The notes beneath the pieces were generated by a model, which worked only from the letters and a program-made list of their open reading frames with translations, did no database searches and had not been told where the DNA came from. The translations under genes and the position numbers were made by a program. From an uncultured Pseudomonadales bacterium (lineage in GTDB: Bacteria; Patescibacteriota; Microgenomatia; UBA1400; UBA1449): DNA of 64,000 nt. Below are positions 49,890 through 58,919 of this stretch, piece by piece. The stretch covers positions 7,505 to 71,504 of the forward strand of contig CAYLQQ010000004.1 in assembly GCA_964386355.1 (NCBI GenBank), read 5' to 3'. Numbering within the stretch: the stretch's first letter is position 1; the number at the start of each line of letters is the position of its first letter.

Positions 49890-50528
49890 TTATTTATCTA
49901 CCACCTTCACTGGTATCTGTTGTCCACTTTCTTTATTGTTCACGCTTACAGCTTTTATTTCCACACTGTGTTCACCTGGAGGTAAGTTGGCAACAGCTTT
50001 AAATTCCCCCGTTGGATACACATCAACCAGGTTTCCGTTTACATATACTACAGAATCTGCAGAAACAAATCCCTGAACAGGAATGCTTGGGCCTTTAACG
50101 ACAGAGTGTGCCTTAGGTTTTATGACTTCAATCTTAGGGGCTGATTGGTAGCTTTTCATTTGGTATAAAAGATATCCTCCAAATACAAAAAGGCTTAGAG
50201 CAACACCTCCAGCTGTAAGAAATTTTGAAGTTATAAACGTTGTTTTATCCATTGGCTCAGCTAAACCTTTGGGCATAATCTTACCTGATTGGGAAACGGT
50301 GAAATCGCGCCTGAAAATTGCCAGAGCTTTTTCTGGAGACAAACCAACTACCTTTGCATATGAGGTAATAAAACCTTTGGTAAAGGTACAGGCCGGTAAA
50401 TGTTCGTATTCATCAAGTTCAAGAAATTTGAGCAAATGTGTAGCAATATGGGTTTTTTGGGATACTGATTCCAAGGTCAAATGTTGTTGCAAGCGAAGCG
50501 TTCGTAAAATAGTACCTATTGTTTCCAT
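49890..50528 (-). CDS. RodZ-like HTH-TM-Ig-fold protein
   Basis: IGTILRTLR...LE.DEY..LP...KGFI.SYA..VGL HTH; follows ftsK. Confidence 0.8.
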   Translation of the reverse strand: METIGTILRTLRLQQHLTLESVSQKTHIATHLLKFLELDEYEHLPACTFTKGFITSYAKVVGLSPEKALAIFRRDFTVSQSGKIMPKGLAEPMDKTTFITSKFLTAGGVALSLFVFGGYLLYQMKSYQSAPKIEVIKPKAHSVVKGPSIPVQGFVSADSVVYVNGNLVDVYPTGEFKAVANLPPGEHSVEIKAVSVNNKESGQQIPVKVVDK

Positions 50529-50560
50529 GGGCAGAAGACAGGTTTTTATAACCTTAGTGC

Positions 50561-52810
50561 TTATGCGTGTTTAGCTTTCCAGGTAGCTAAAAACTCATCT
50601 GCATTTTTTATCAATACATCTCTCGGTTTCTGACCGTCTGCCGCAGAGATTACACCCTGCTCATGCAGCTGATCAATAATCCGAGCAGCTCTATTATATC
50701 CAACCTTGAACTTACGCTGTAAAAGTGAAGTTGATGCTTTATCATAACTACATATCAGCTTTACTGTTTCTTCGAATAAATCATCAATATCTTCACTGGT
50801 TTCACCGCTTGCAGCGTCCATGGCAGCTGCACCTTTTTTCCCAACTTTACCTTTAAACTGGGTTGTTACTTCTTCAGTATACTGTACAGGAGCCCCAGTT
50901 TGTTTGAGGAATTCAGTAACTTTTTTTATCTCCTCATCTCCTACAATTGACCCCTGGATACGTCTAGGTTTGGCCTGTTCTGGCGGAATAAATAGCATAT
51001 CTCCTCTACCCATAAGCTTCTCTGCTCCTGGACTGTCAATTATTACACGGGAATCCATCATTGATGAAACTGCAAAAGCCATTCGCGCTGGTATATTTGC
51101 CTTGATTAGTCCTGTAATGACATCCACAGATGGTCGTTGGGTAGCTAAGATCAAATGAATACCGGTTGCCCGTGCCATTTGGGCGAGTCTGCAAATACAA
51201 TCTTCAACCTCAGCCGGAGCATAGAGCATAATATCCGCCAGTTCGTCAATGATGATAATTATGTATGGCATAGCCTGAAAACCTGCCATTTTGTTGTAAC
51301 TTTCTATGTTACGTGCACCTACTTCTGCAAACTGCTTGTAGCGCTCAGTCATGCTGTTGATCGCCCATCGAAGAGCTGAAACGACTTTTTCCGGCTCAAC
51401 AATCACAGGAGTAAGTAAATGAGGAATATTGTTATATCCAGATAGCTCAACCCGCTTGGGATCAACCAAAATAAACCGGACATCGTTTGGTGTGCAGCGC
51501 ATCAGAAGCGACATAATAATCACATTTATAGCAACTGACTTACCTGAACCAGTTTGCCCGGCAATCAACAAATGAGGTAACTTATTGATATCCATCGCGA
51601 CAATTTGATTGTTTACATCCACCCCCAAAGCAATTGCCAGTTTTGATGGATTTTGGCGCATAACAGCATGGGATAGAAGTGTTCGCAATGGCACAGAAGC
51701 TGAGCTTAAATTTGGCACTTCAATACCAACTAAAGATTTACCGGGTATAGGAGCCTCGATCCTAATTTGGCCGGTTTTAGCAGCCAAAGCCAGAGCCAGA
51801 TCATTTGTCAAAGCAGTAATTTTGGAAAGCTTCGTCCCCAGTGCCGGCCTGATAGCATACTGGGTCACGGTCGGACCTGCATGGCACTCTGCCACTTTAA
51901 CTTCGATACCAAAATTTTGGAGTGTGCTCTCAATAACCTGGGCGTTAGCTTTGGTATCACCTGCATCTGCCTTAGAAGTGGCTGCTGCTGACAAAAGCGC
52001 AAGGGGGGGTAATTTCCAGGCTACGTGCACAGGAGCTTTGGGCGTCGTGGATGAAGGTAATAAATTAGCTTGTGAGGACAGTGGTACAGATGGCACAGAA
52101 ATTGTACCCGAAGGTTTTGTTGCTGAATTAATTGAATTTGTGACGGTTGTAGCCATTGTCGCCGCTGATTTTAACAGTGGCGTATTTTGCCAGCTCGTAT
52201 CATCTGTGGCAAAGGTGGCTTTTTTATCACCATGATCAATTTCCTGTCCCTCATCCAAGCTCATCACATCATCAGTCTCTTTCTTGATCCTAATACGGGC
52301 AAAAAAATCAACCACACTACCAAACAAATCACTAAGTGAGAGTTCAAAAAAGACCATGATACCTATGATAAGACCAACCACAAAAACTGCTAGAGCTCCC
52401 AGACCGGAAATAAGAGTTGAAAGCCCAAGCCAAAACTCTCTGCCAATTTCACCTATCCGGAACAAGCTAGTACTACTTAGTACCAAAATCATAGCTCCCA
52501 ATAATAAAGTCGGTCTAGACAGCTTAGCCTTAGGTTTAAACAGCATGTTTCCGGCAAAAAAGAACAAAACCGGTATGACAAACTTTTCGTATCCGAACAG
52601 TCTGGTGTTGATTCGGTTGATTGCATCGAGCCATACCCCATCTGAGAAAAAGGCAAGAATTATTAAAATTGCACTTACGTAAAAAAATAGAGCAGCAATA
52701 GAGCGAACCACTTTTGGATTGATATTGATGTGATCAACGTCTTTACCCTGGCGCGAATACTTGCGCTTTTTGACTTTTGGTTTGTCGGGTTTTTTGTTTT
52801 TCTTGGGCAT
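50561..52810 (-). CDS. ftsK: DNA translocase FtsK/SpoIIIE
   Basis: N-terminal TMs, GQTGSGKS, IIDELAD, ATQRPS, gamma domain GYNRAAR. Confidence 0.97.
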   Translation of the reverse strand: MPKKNKKPDKPKVKKRKYSRQGKDVDHININPKVVRSIAALFFYVSAILIILAFFSDGVWLDAINRINTRLFGYEKFVIPVLFFFAGNMLFKPKAKLSRPTLLLGAMILVLSSTSLFRIGEIGREFWLGLSTLISGLGALAVFVVGLIIGIMVFFELSLSDLFGSVVDFFARIRIKKETDDVMSLDEGQEIDHGDKKATFATDDTSWQNTPLLKSAATMATTVTNSINSATKPSGTISVPSVPLSSQANLLPSSTTPKAPVHVAWKLPPLALLSAAATSKADAGDTKANAQVIESTLQNFGIEVKVAECHAGPTVTQYAIRPALGTKLSKITALTNDLALALAAKTGQIRIEAPIPGKSLVGIEVPNLSSASVPLRTLLSHAVMRQNPSKLAIALGVDVNNQIVAMDINKLPHLLIAGQTGSGKSVAINVIIMSLLMRCTPNDVRFILVDPKRVELSGYNNIPHLLTPVIVEPEKVVSALRWAINSMTERYKQFAEVGARNIESYNKMAGFQAMPYIIIIIDELADIMLYAPAEVEDCICRLAQMARATGIHLILATQRPSVDVITGLIKANIPARMAFAVSSMMDSRVIIDSPGAEKLMGRGDMLFIPPEQAKPRRIQGSIVGDEEIKKVTEFLKQTGAPVQYTEEVTTQFKGKVGKKGAAAMDAASGETSEDIDDLFEETVKLICSYDKASTSLLQRKFKVGYNRAARIIDQLHEQGVISAADGQKPRDVLIKNADEFLATWKAKHA

Positions 52811-52827
52811 AGGACAGATTTATAGTA

Positions 52828-53148
52828 TTATATCTCTTCCAATTTTACAAAATCGATAACAGGAGATTCATACGGATGGACTTTCCTAATTGAACTAACT
52901 ACATTCTTTGCAGCTTCCTCTGGACATTCCATTTCAATTTGAACCTCAGCTTCCCGCGACATTTTGCCAACTTCGCCAATAGTCGGATTTGAACCCTCTT
53001 CTGATTTCCAGTTTCCGAATCCTTGAGTAATGAATGCAACATGTGAATAATTCTCAATTATGCCTGCTCCAGCGTCTGATGCAGCATTGATCACATCCGT
53101 AATAACTTTCTCATCATTTGGACAAAAAACAAAGAATTTCAGTTTCAT
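52828..53148 (-). CDS. stand-alone YqfO/Nif3 PII-like domain protein; start at ATG 53148
   Basis: AGAGIIENYS..F, P.IG, HPYE.P. Confidence 0.8.
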   Translation of the reverse strand: MKLKFFVFCPNDEKVITDVINAASDAGAGIIENYSHVAFITQGFGNWKSEEGSNPTIGEVGKMSREAEVQIEMECPEEAAKNVVSSIRKVHPYESPVIDFVKLEEI

Positions 53149-53200
53149 AAAAATTAGTTTCCTTTCGCTCAATTGCAAACTGCCGTTTTACTCTTCCCTT

Positions 53201-53375
53201 TTAAAACATATTCCAGGTATTTGGAGCGAAAAAGCGTAATGAAAGCCCAAACTGACTGAAAGGAATTTGGGAAGCTTCATAGCTTTTGAGCGAACAAATA
53301 CTGGTTATGTTTTAATGGGGTGCCCTTCTTTTCTTTTGAGTATTTCTTTTCTTAGGCACGCAAGAAAAGAAATAC
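53201..53375. repeat. composite palindromic (REP/MITE-like) element
   Basis: 115-nt interrupted inverted repeat plus a perfect 14-bp stem GTATTTCTTTTCTT/AAGAAAAGAAATAC. Confidence 0.65.
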
Positions 53376-53508
53376 GGGGTAGGTATTACTATATTATTCA
53401 CAATACTAATAATGTAATTTCAATCTATTATTTTACCCATTTTCCAAGAGATTACCCATTACTTGGCTTTCAGCCAGGTAAGGGTAATGACAAACCAATG
53501 GAAACTCT

Positions 53509-55164
53509 TTAGCTCCACACAAGAGTAACAAGGATAAGTGGTTCCCTCTGCGTCTGCTCAAAGATAAAATGACTGATCTTTTCGGTCACTTCATCACGAC
53601 TGGCCTTCCAATCACTCACTTTCATCCCAACCGGCAACCACTTGGCAGCTTCATCAGCAATCGAATCTATCAGTTCCTGCGATTTCCGTGCAAATACAAA
53701 ACCGCGAGTAATGACTTCAGGTCTTCCCATTACTTCATTACCATCTTTTTTAGCTGGCACAGCTACTACTATCATACCATTATGGGCCATCTTCTGTCTG
53801 TCCTGTAAAACCACCGGTCCGACGTCCCCAACACCTAAACCATCTACTATTATCGTCTTGAGCTTGATCACGTTGTCCACCCAACCTCCACTACGGTCGA
53901 ACGCAATGATCTGCCCGTCGTCAAGAATATGGATCCGGTCAGCAGGCCAACCCATATCTGAAGCCAGATTTTTGAAGTGCACCATGTGCCGGTAGGTACC
54001 ACCGATAGGAACGATTGATTTGGGGTTAGAAAGTGTGAGCATGAGACGCAACTCATCTGCGCTGGCATGGCCTGACACATGCAGATCATCCTGAATATCA
54101 CTGTATGATACCGTGGCTCCGAGCTTGGACAGGTTATCAATCGTTTTATAGACATTGCCTTCATTGCCTGGAATTGGATCAGCAGAAAAGACCACATGAT
54201 CACCCTCTTTCACACTGACGATAGAGTGTTCATTATTGGCGATCCGGGTAAGCGTTGAGCCTATTTGACCCTGGGAACCAGCTACGATGAGACATAGCTG
54301 TTTATCCGGTACATTTTTAATTCTTTTTTTATTGACGATCACGTTCTCCGGTATGTGTAATAATTCTAATTGTTGGGCGATCTTACAGTTTTCCTCTACA
54401 GAACGGCCGATCAGAACTACTTTTCGGTGATGTAAAATGGCTGCATCGATTGCCTGCTGAATACGATGGATGTTGGAAGACATGGTAGTGATCACTACTT
54501 TACCGGTAACTTCGCGGATCTCCCGTATCAGAGACTCTCCGATCTTGGTTTCTGACCAGCTGTAACCCTCTTTTTCTACCCGGAGACAATCAACCAGCAA
54601 AGCGGTGATGCCTTTGCGGCCGTAGTCAGCGATCTTTTGCACATCAGGCCTGATGTGGTCCACGGGTGTCCAATCGAATTTAAAATCAGAGCCATGGTAA
54701 AAAATCCCATCAGGTGTGGTGATTGCTAAGTGCTTGGTATCAGGTACTGAGTGAGTGACTGTAATCGGGTCAATCATAAAGTTACCCAAACGCAGGGGTT
54801 CTTTGGGAAACACCTTAATTTTCGTCTCGATTCCAAACTCCTCTAAGTTTTCCTGAGCAAAACCGGCAGTCAGAGGACTTGCATAGATAGGAAAATCTGT
54901 ATTAAGTTGCGGTAAAATATAGGGTAGAGCCCCAATATGATCATCATGGCCATGAGTCAACACCATGCCTACGATTGAATCCATTTTGTCTGCTAAATAG
55001 CTAACATCAGGAACCAGAAGATCAGCTCCAAGCATTTCTTCCTCCGGAAATCCCATCCCGCAATCCACTATCAACCGCTCGTCTTTGCCATGACCCAAAG
55101 ATTCATACACATACATGTTTTTAGTTACTTTACCCATACCGCCAAGGGGGACAATGCGCAACAT
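53509..55164 (-). CDS. rnj: ribonuclease J
   Basis: PLGG...KNM, THGHDDHIG, HSVPD, HVSGHA; AAGGAG SD. Confidence 0.96.
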   Translation of the reverse strand: MLRIVPLGGMGKVTKNMYVYESLGHGKDERLIVDCGMGFPEEEMLGADLLVPDVSYLADKMDSIVGMVLTHGHDDHIGALPYILPQLNTDFPIYASPLTAGFAQENLEEFGIETKIKVFPKEPLRLGNFMIDPITVTHSVPDTKHLAITTPDGIFYHGSDFKFDWTPVDHIRPDVQKIADYGRKGITALLVDCLRVEKEGYSWSETKIGESLIREIREVTGKVVITTMSSNIHRIQQAIDAAILHHRKVVLIGRSVEENCKIAQQLELLHIPENVIVNKKRIKNVPDKQLCLIVAGSQGQIGSTLTRIANNEHSIVSVKEGDHVVFSADPIPGNEGNVYKTIDNLSKLGATVSYSDIQDDLHVSGHASADELRLMLTLSNPKSIVPIGGTYRHMVHFKNLASDMGWPADRIHILDDGQIIAFDRSGGWVDNVIKLKTIIVDGLGVGDVGPVVLQDRQKMAHNGMIVVAVPAKKDGNEVMGRPEVITRGFVFARKSQELIDSIADEAAKWLPVGMKVSDWKASRDEVTEKISHFIFEQTQREPLILVTLVWS

Positions 55165-55393
55165 ACATAACTCCTTTCATTAATTTGTGACAAATAACAA
55201 GTTACAGGTAACAAGAATATACTTCTTCAGTATTCTTTTCACTCGTAACTTGTCAATATTTACCATCTCTTTTTACCACATTTTGATCACAAGAGAAAGG
55301 AGGGGGAGCAGTATAAGTCTTACCAAACGCTCTTCACTTCTTTATTTTGATCGTGATTTAAACCGATACCATATGTACCCCTAGCAAAAATCT

Positions 55394-56140
55394 ATGAACC
55401 TATTATTACCTCTTACTAGTTTTATCTCTACTATAAAAGCAGTACCTAATTGTGAATTTTCTGATGCTTTACTCATCAAAGAACCGATTAATACAGTTTC
55501 AAACTTATTTTACTTTATGGCTGGCTTTCGCTTGCTTCAAGAATACAGGTACCACAACATCAAGCATCCCTACATCAAACTGCTCATCCTGCTTTCATTT
55601 GCGACGGGACTGGGTAGTACTATCCACCATGCTATTCCAACTGACTTTACGCTATTTATTGACGGAGTTCCAATTTACCTCATCTTATCTATTATTATCT
55701 TTCTCTTTGCCCAATTAATCTTTTCATTATCATTCCGGTTTTCACTCTTCATTGCTTCGTTGTATGCAGTAGTATTGGCTTTAGCTTCTCCTTATCTACC
55801 TATAGAAACTATACCGGCGATGAAGTTTTATTTAGTCCATACTATAGTCTTTATCCCTTTGATATTTGTAAGTTTTGTAAAAAGCGGCCAAACGGCATTT
55901 CAACTTGTCACTTCACTGGGATTATTTTGGATTGGAATGTACTTTTTCTTTTTGGATAAACCGATTTGCAATTTTACTCCCACAGGAACTCACATGCTCT
56001 GGCATTTATTCTCAAGCATGTCGTTTTATTTCTTATCGAGGTTTTTTATTGAGTATTACAGATATAAACAAACACTTGTAACTGAAGAATCAAGAGAGGA
56101 TGTATGTATACATCACAAATTAACTATAAAAAATGTTTAG
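55394..56140 (+). CDS. CREST-superfamily (ceramidase-like) 7-TM hydrolase
   Basis: EPINTVSN, GLGSTIHH (SxxxH), DG.PI, HMLWH. Confidence 0.8.
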   Translation: MNLLLPLTSFISTIKAVPNCEFSDALLIKEPINTVSNLFYFMAGFRLLQEYRYHNIKHPYIKLLILLSFATGLGSTIHHAIPTDFTLFIDGVPIYLILSIIIFLFAQLIFSLSFRFSLFIASLYAVVLALASPYLPIETIPAMKFYLVHTIVFIPLIFVSFVKSGQTAFQLVTSLGLFWIGMYFFFLDKPICNFTPTGTHMLWHLFSSMSFYFLSRFFIEYYRYKQTLVTEESREDVCIHHKLTIKNV

Positions 56141-57210
56141 TAATCCGGCAAAAAGCTTTTGATGTTAGACTCATCAAGGTTAAACTGTTCGCCTTTTCCA
56201 GCAACCACCAGACGGGCAACACGATAAACAATCCCCCGAATAGTCCGCTCGAGAGAACGTATACCTGAATCAAACCCCAAAGGCCTGACAATACTTTCCC
56301 AAGTACCGTCTGCAATCGTGATTTGCCCATTCGCAAGACCTGACTCTACCAGGACTCTTGGCAGGATATACTGTTTTGCAATCACAATTTTTTCCTCATC
56401 AGAATAAGATGGCATTTCGATAACTTCCATACGATCTAGTACTGCTGTAGCTATGTGACGGGTATTGTTGCATGTAGCAATAAATAGGGTATCTGAAAGG
56501 TCAAATGGGTAGTCGATGTAGTGATCTATAAACCGCTCATTTTGGCCAGGATCCAAAAGCTCAACCAATACACCCATAATATCAGCCCTGGCATGTTCTG
56601 ATACGCGGTCAATTTCGTCCAAAAGCATGACCGGATTTCGACTCTTTGCTTGTCTGAGTGCTTTGATTACTCTACCCGGTTCGTTATCTGTATGCAATCT
56701 CGATTGGCCTCTTAAATCCAAAGCAGATCCCATACCTCCAAACGGAATGCGGCAATATGCTCTTCCCATTGATTCAGCCAAAGCTGTACCAAAAGTGGTT
56801 TTACCGGTACCTACCAAACCTACCAGAAGCATAATAGGAGCTCTAGCTACCTGGTTTTTATCACGGTTAAGTTTGAGCACGGACATGTACTCAAGTATCC
56901 GGTTTTTGACCTTTTGCATGCCATAATGATGTTTATCCAGGATCTGTGCAGCCCGGTTGATATCCAGGTTGTCTTCTGTCTGGTAATACCAGGGAAGAGT
57001 AGTAACCCATTCTACATAGTGGGCAATCTTTTCATACTCTTCACTGTATCCACCGTATTTAGCCATGCGTTTGAGCCGTACAAGCATGTCAATGATTTTT
57101 TCTTTCAGTTCTTCTGGTAATTTAGCCTCGTCTACCTTGGACCGCATTTGCTCTACCTCGGCAAACAAATCATCTGATAGATTGGTGGGTGCGTTTTGAT
57201 ATGGATCCAT
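56137..57210 (-). CDS. Lon-type AAA+ ATPase lacking the N-domain and protease domain
   Basis: LPW, HYGM.KVK.RILE, GLVGTGKT, LLDEID, LLDPGQN, DRME, GIRSLER; only 357 aa. Confidence 0.88.
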   Translation of the reverse strand: MDPYQNAPTNLSDDLFAEVEQMRSKVDEAKLPEELKEKIIDMLVRLKRMAKYGGYSEEYEKIAHYVEWVTTLPWYYQTEDNLDINRAAQILDKHHYGMQKVKNRILEYMSVLKLNRDKNQVARAPIMLLVGLVGTGKTTFGTALAESMGRAYCRIPFGGMGSALDLRGQSRLHTDNEPGRVIKALRQAKSRNPVMLLDEIDRVSEHARADIMGVLVELLDPGQNERFIDHYIDYPFDLSDTLFIATCNNTRHIATAVLDRMEVIEMPSYSDEEKIVIAKQYILPRVLVESGLANGQITIADGTWESIVRPLGFDSGIRSLERTIRGIVYRVARLVVAGKGEQFNLDESNIKSFLPDY

Positions 57211-57234
57211 AGCTACATTGTGGCAGATTTGAAG

Positions 57235-58725
57235 CTAGTTGTTAATCGGTTTTAAAATAACACTGCGGGAATCTTCATATACATGTATCCAACCTAGTCT
57301 AGTTCTCAGGGTTGAAGCCAGTTTTGCATTTCTGGGCATTACTGCATACCCAAAAGTTTGCGTTTCAAATTCTTCCAGAGCCTTTCCGTCTCCTCTGATG
57401 ATTGTTTCGTATGATTGATATGGTAAAAAACCTGTTTTGGGATCTTTCCAGCTTACCATCCGCCCATCGATAAAAACTTTTTCCTCTGGTAATCTCCAGA
57501 TTAAATACCCTCCCCAGTTGTAAAAATTAAACATAGTACCTTCCATAGGATTTGTCCGTAAATATTCCACCATTTGCTCACTACACATGGTATATGGTTG
57601 AGAAAGACAGTACTCATCCCAAGAACCGATCCATGGTTTGTGGGCTTGTATCGACTGCCATGATACAAACAAAGCAAAAAGACTGCCAAATATATAATAG
57701 GCAGGTTTTATGTTTTGTGAAAACTTGTACTCTGAGATGATCTCAACCAACAGCGGAAACGTAACAACGGCCCAAATGCCCTGCATACGCCTGTGTAATA
57801 GTGCTTGTATGCCAAACAGTATTAGAGGCAGTATATACTCTGCTTTTTGTAGTTTTTTATGCTGTATTACATTCCATAGTAACAATGCAGCGTAAAAAAC
57901 TACAGTCCACCAAGTCCAACTGTCTTTCGGCCAGGAAGACCACTCACCTATGCCATCTAACCTCGAACTGAACACATGAACTATGCCTTGAATATGGTTC
58001 TCTATCCCAAACGGAGTTATAAAACTAGCAACAAACGCTATTCCAAGTATTGGCAATAATGTTTTATATACTTCTATTTTTTGCTTAAAAACATACTCAT
58101 CAATTGTCTTACTCAAAGTAATGATAGAAATGTATGTCAGCCCTACTAAGTATTCGCCATGCCAGTTAGACCAAAATAGAAAAAGAATAAAAGTGACAAA
58201 TAGCAAGCTACGCGGAACGTTTTTTAACACGTGCGTCCGTTTGACTATCCATACAGTTAAGACCAATAATACCAAGCTTACTGTCTGGGCACGAAAACCA
58301 TGGTAAAAAACAGTATGGGCTACTATATAAAAAGGAACACATGCAATAATAAACGTACTAAGAGAAGTTTTTACTGATCTAAATAGCAGTATTACCAAAA
58401 CCACTCCAACCAATGCTCCTGCGATAGCTAAACCATAAAATCCAAGAGTGTTAAATAGTTGGTACACCGCCACATCATAAACCCAGGAATCATTTGTCCA
58501 GACAAAGTCGGGCATGATGTAAGAAAAGGTGTTTTCTTTAAGTATTCTTCCTTGTTTGGCAAAGTATTCACCGTATTTGAGGTGCCATCCAAGATCAGTT
58601 GAGTTAGTAGGATAGAGAAAGAGAGAAAAGAGCAGGGTGAGAAGGGATAATAAAAAGAAAAACCTAGCTAATTTCTGTAGTGTCCATTCATGATTGAACA
58701 TTTTTATAAGTACGTCCAGTTTCAT
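57235..58725 (-). CDS. multi-TM GT-C-like membrane glycosyltransferase
   Basis: DLGWHL..G, WSNWHG, FN.YNWGGYLIW, VFIDGR. Confidence 0.65.
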   Translation of the reverse strand: MKLDVLIKMFNHEWTLQKLARFFFLLSLLTLLFSLFLYPTNSTDLGWHLKYGEYFAKQGRILKENTFSYIMPDFVWTNDSWVYDVAVYQLFNTLGFYGLAIAGALVGVVLVILLFRSVKTSLSTFIIACVPFYIVAHTVFYHGFRAQTVSLVLLVLTVWIVKRTHVLKNVPRSLLFVTFILFLFWSNWHGEYLVGLTYISIITLSKTIDEYVFKQKIEVYKTLLPILGIAFVASFITPFGIENHIQGIVHVFSSRLDGIGEWSSWPKDSWTWWTVVFYAALLLWNVIQHKKLQKAEYILPLILFGIQALLHRRMQGIWAVVTFPLLVEIISEYKFSQNIKPAYYIFGSLFALFVSWQSIQAHKPWIGSWDEYCLSQPYTMCSEQMVEYLRTNPMEGTMFNFYNWGGYLIWRLPEEKVFIDGRMVSWKDPKTGFLPYQSYETIIRGDGKALEEFETQTFGYAVMPRNAKLASTLRTRLGWIHVYEDSRSVILKPINN

Positions 58726-58862
58726 GCCTTATAGTACCTTAAAAACTAGTTATTTACACCTATATACATAATTTTCGTACTTATAATAAATAGTTTTTTA
58801 CGGTACTGCATGCAATCCATAAGTATAAAAGGGTTGTATGGCATAAAATATATTTTGGTATC

Positions 58863-58893
58863 AAAAAGGCGGGACTTGCAGCCCCGCCTTTTT
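58863..58893 (-). terminator. terminator after pnp
   Basis: AAAAAGGCGGG-9nt-CCCGCCTTTTT. Confidence 0.8.
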
Positions 58894-58919
58894 ACTATCT
58901 CTTATCTAGTTTCCTATTC

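Noticed and set aside
53267-53512. 81-aa plus-strand ORF
   Set aside because: TTG start and lies wholly within palindromic repeats; likely spurious
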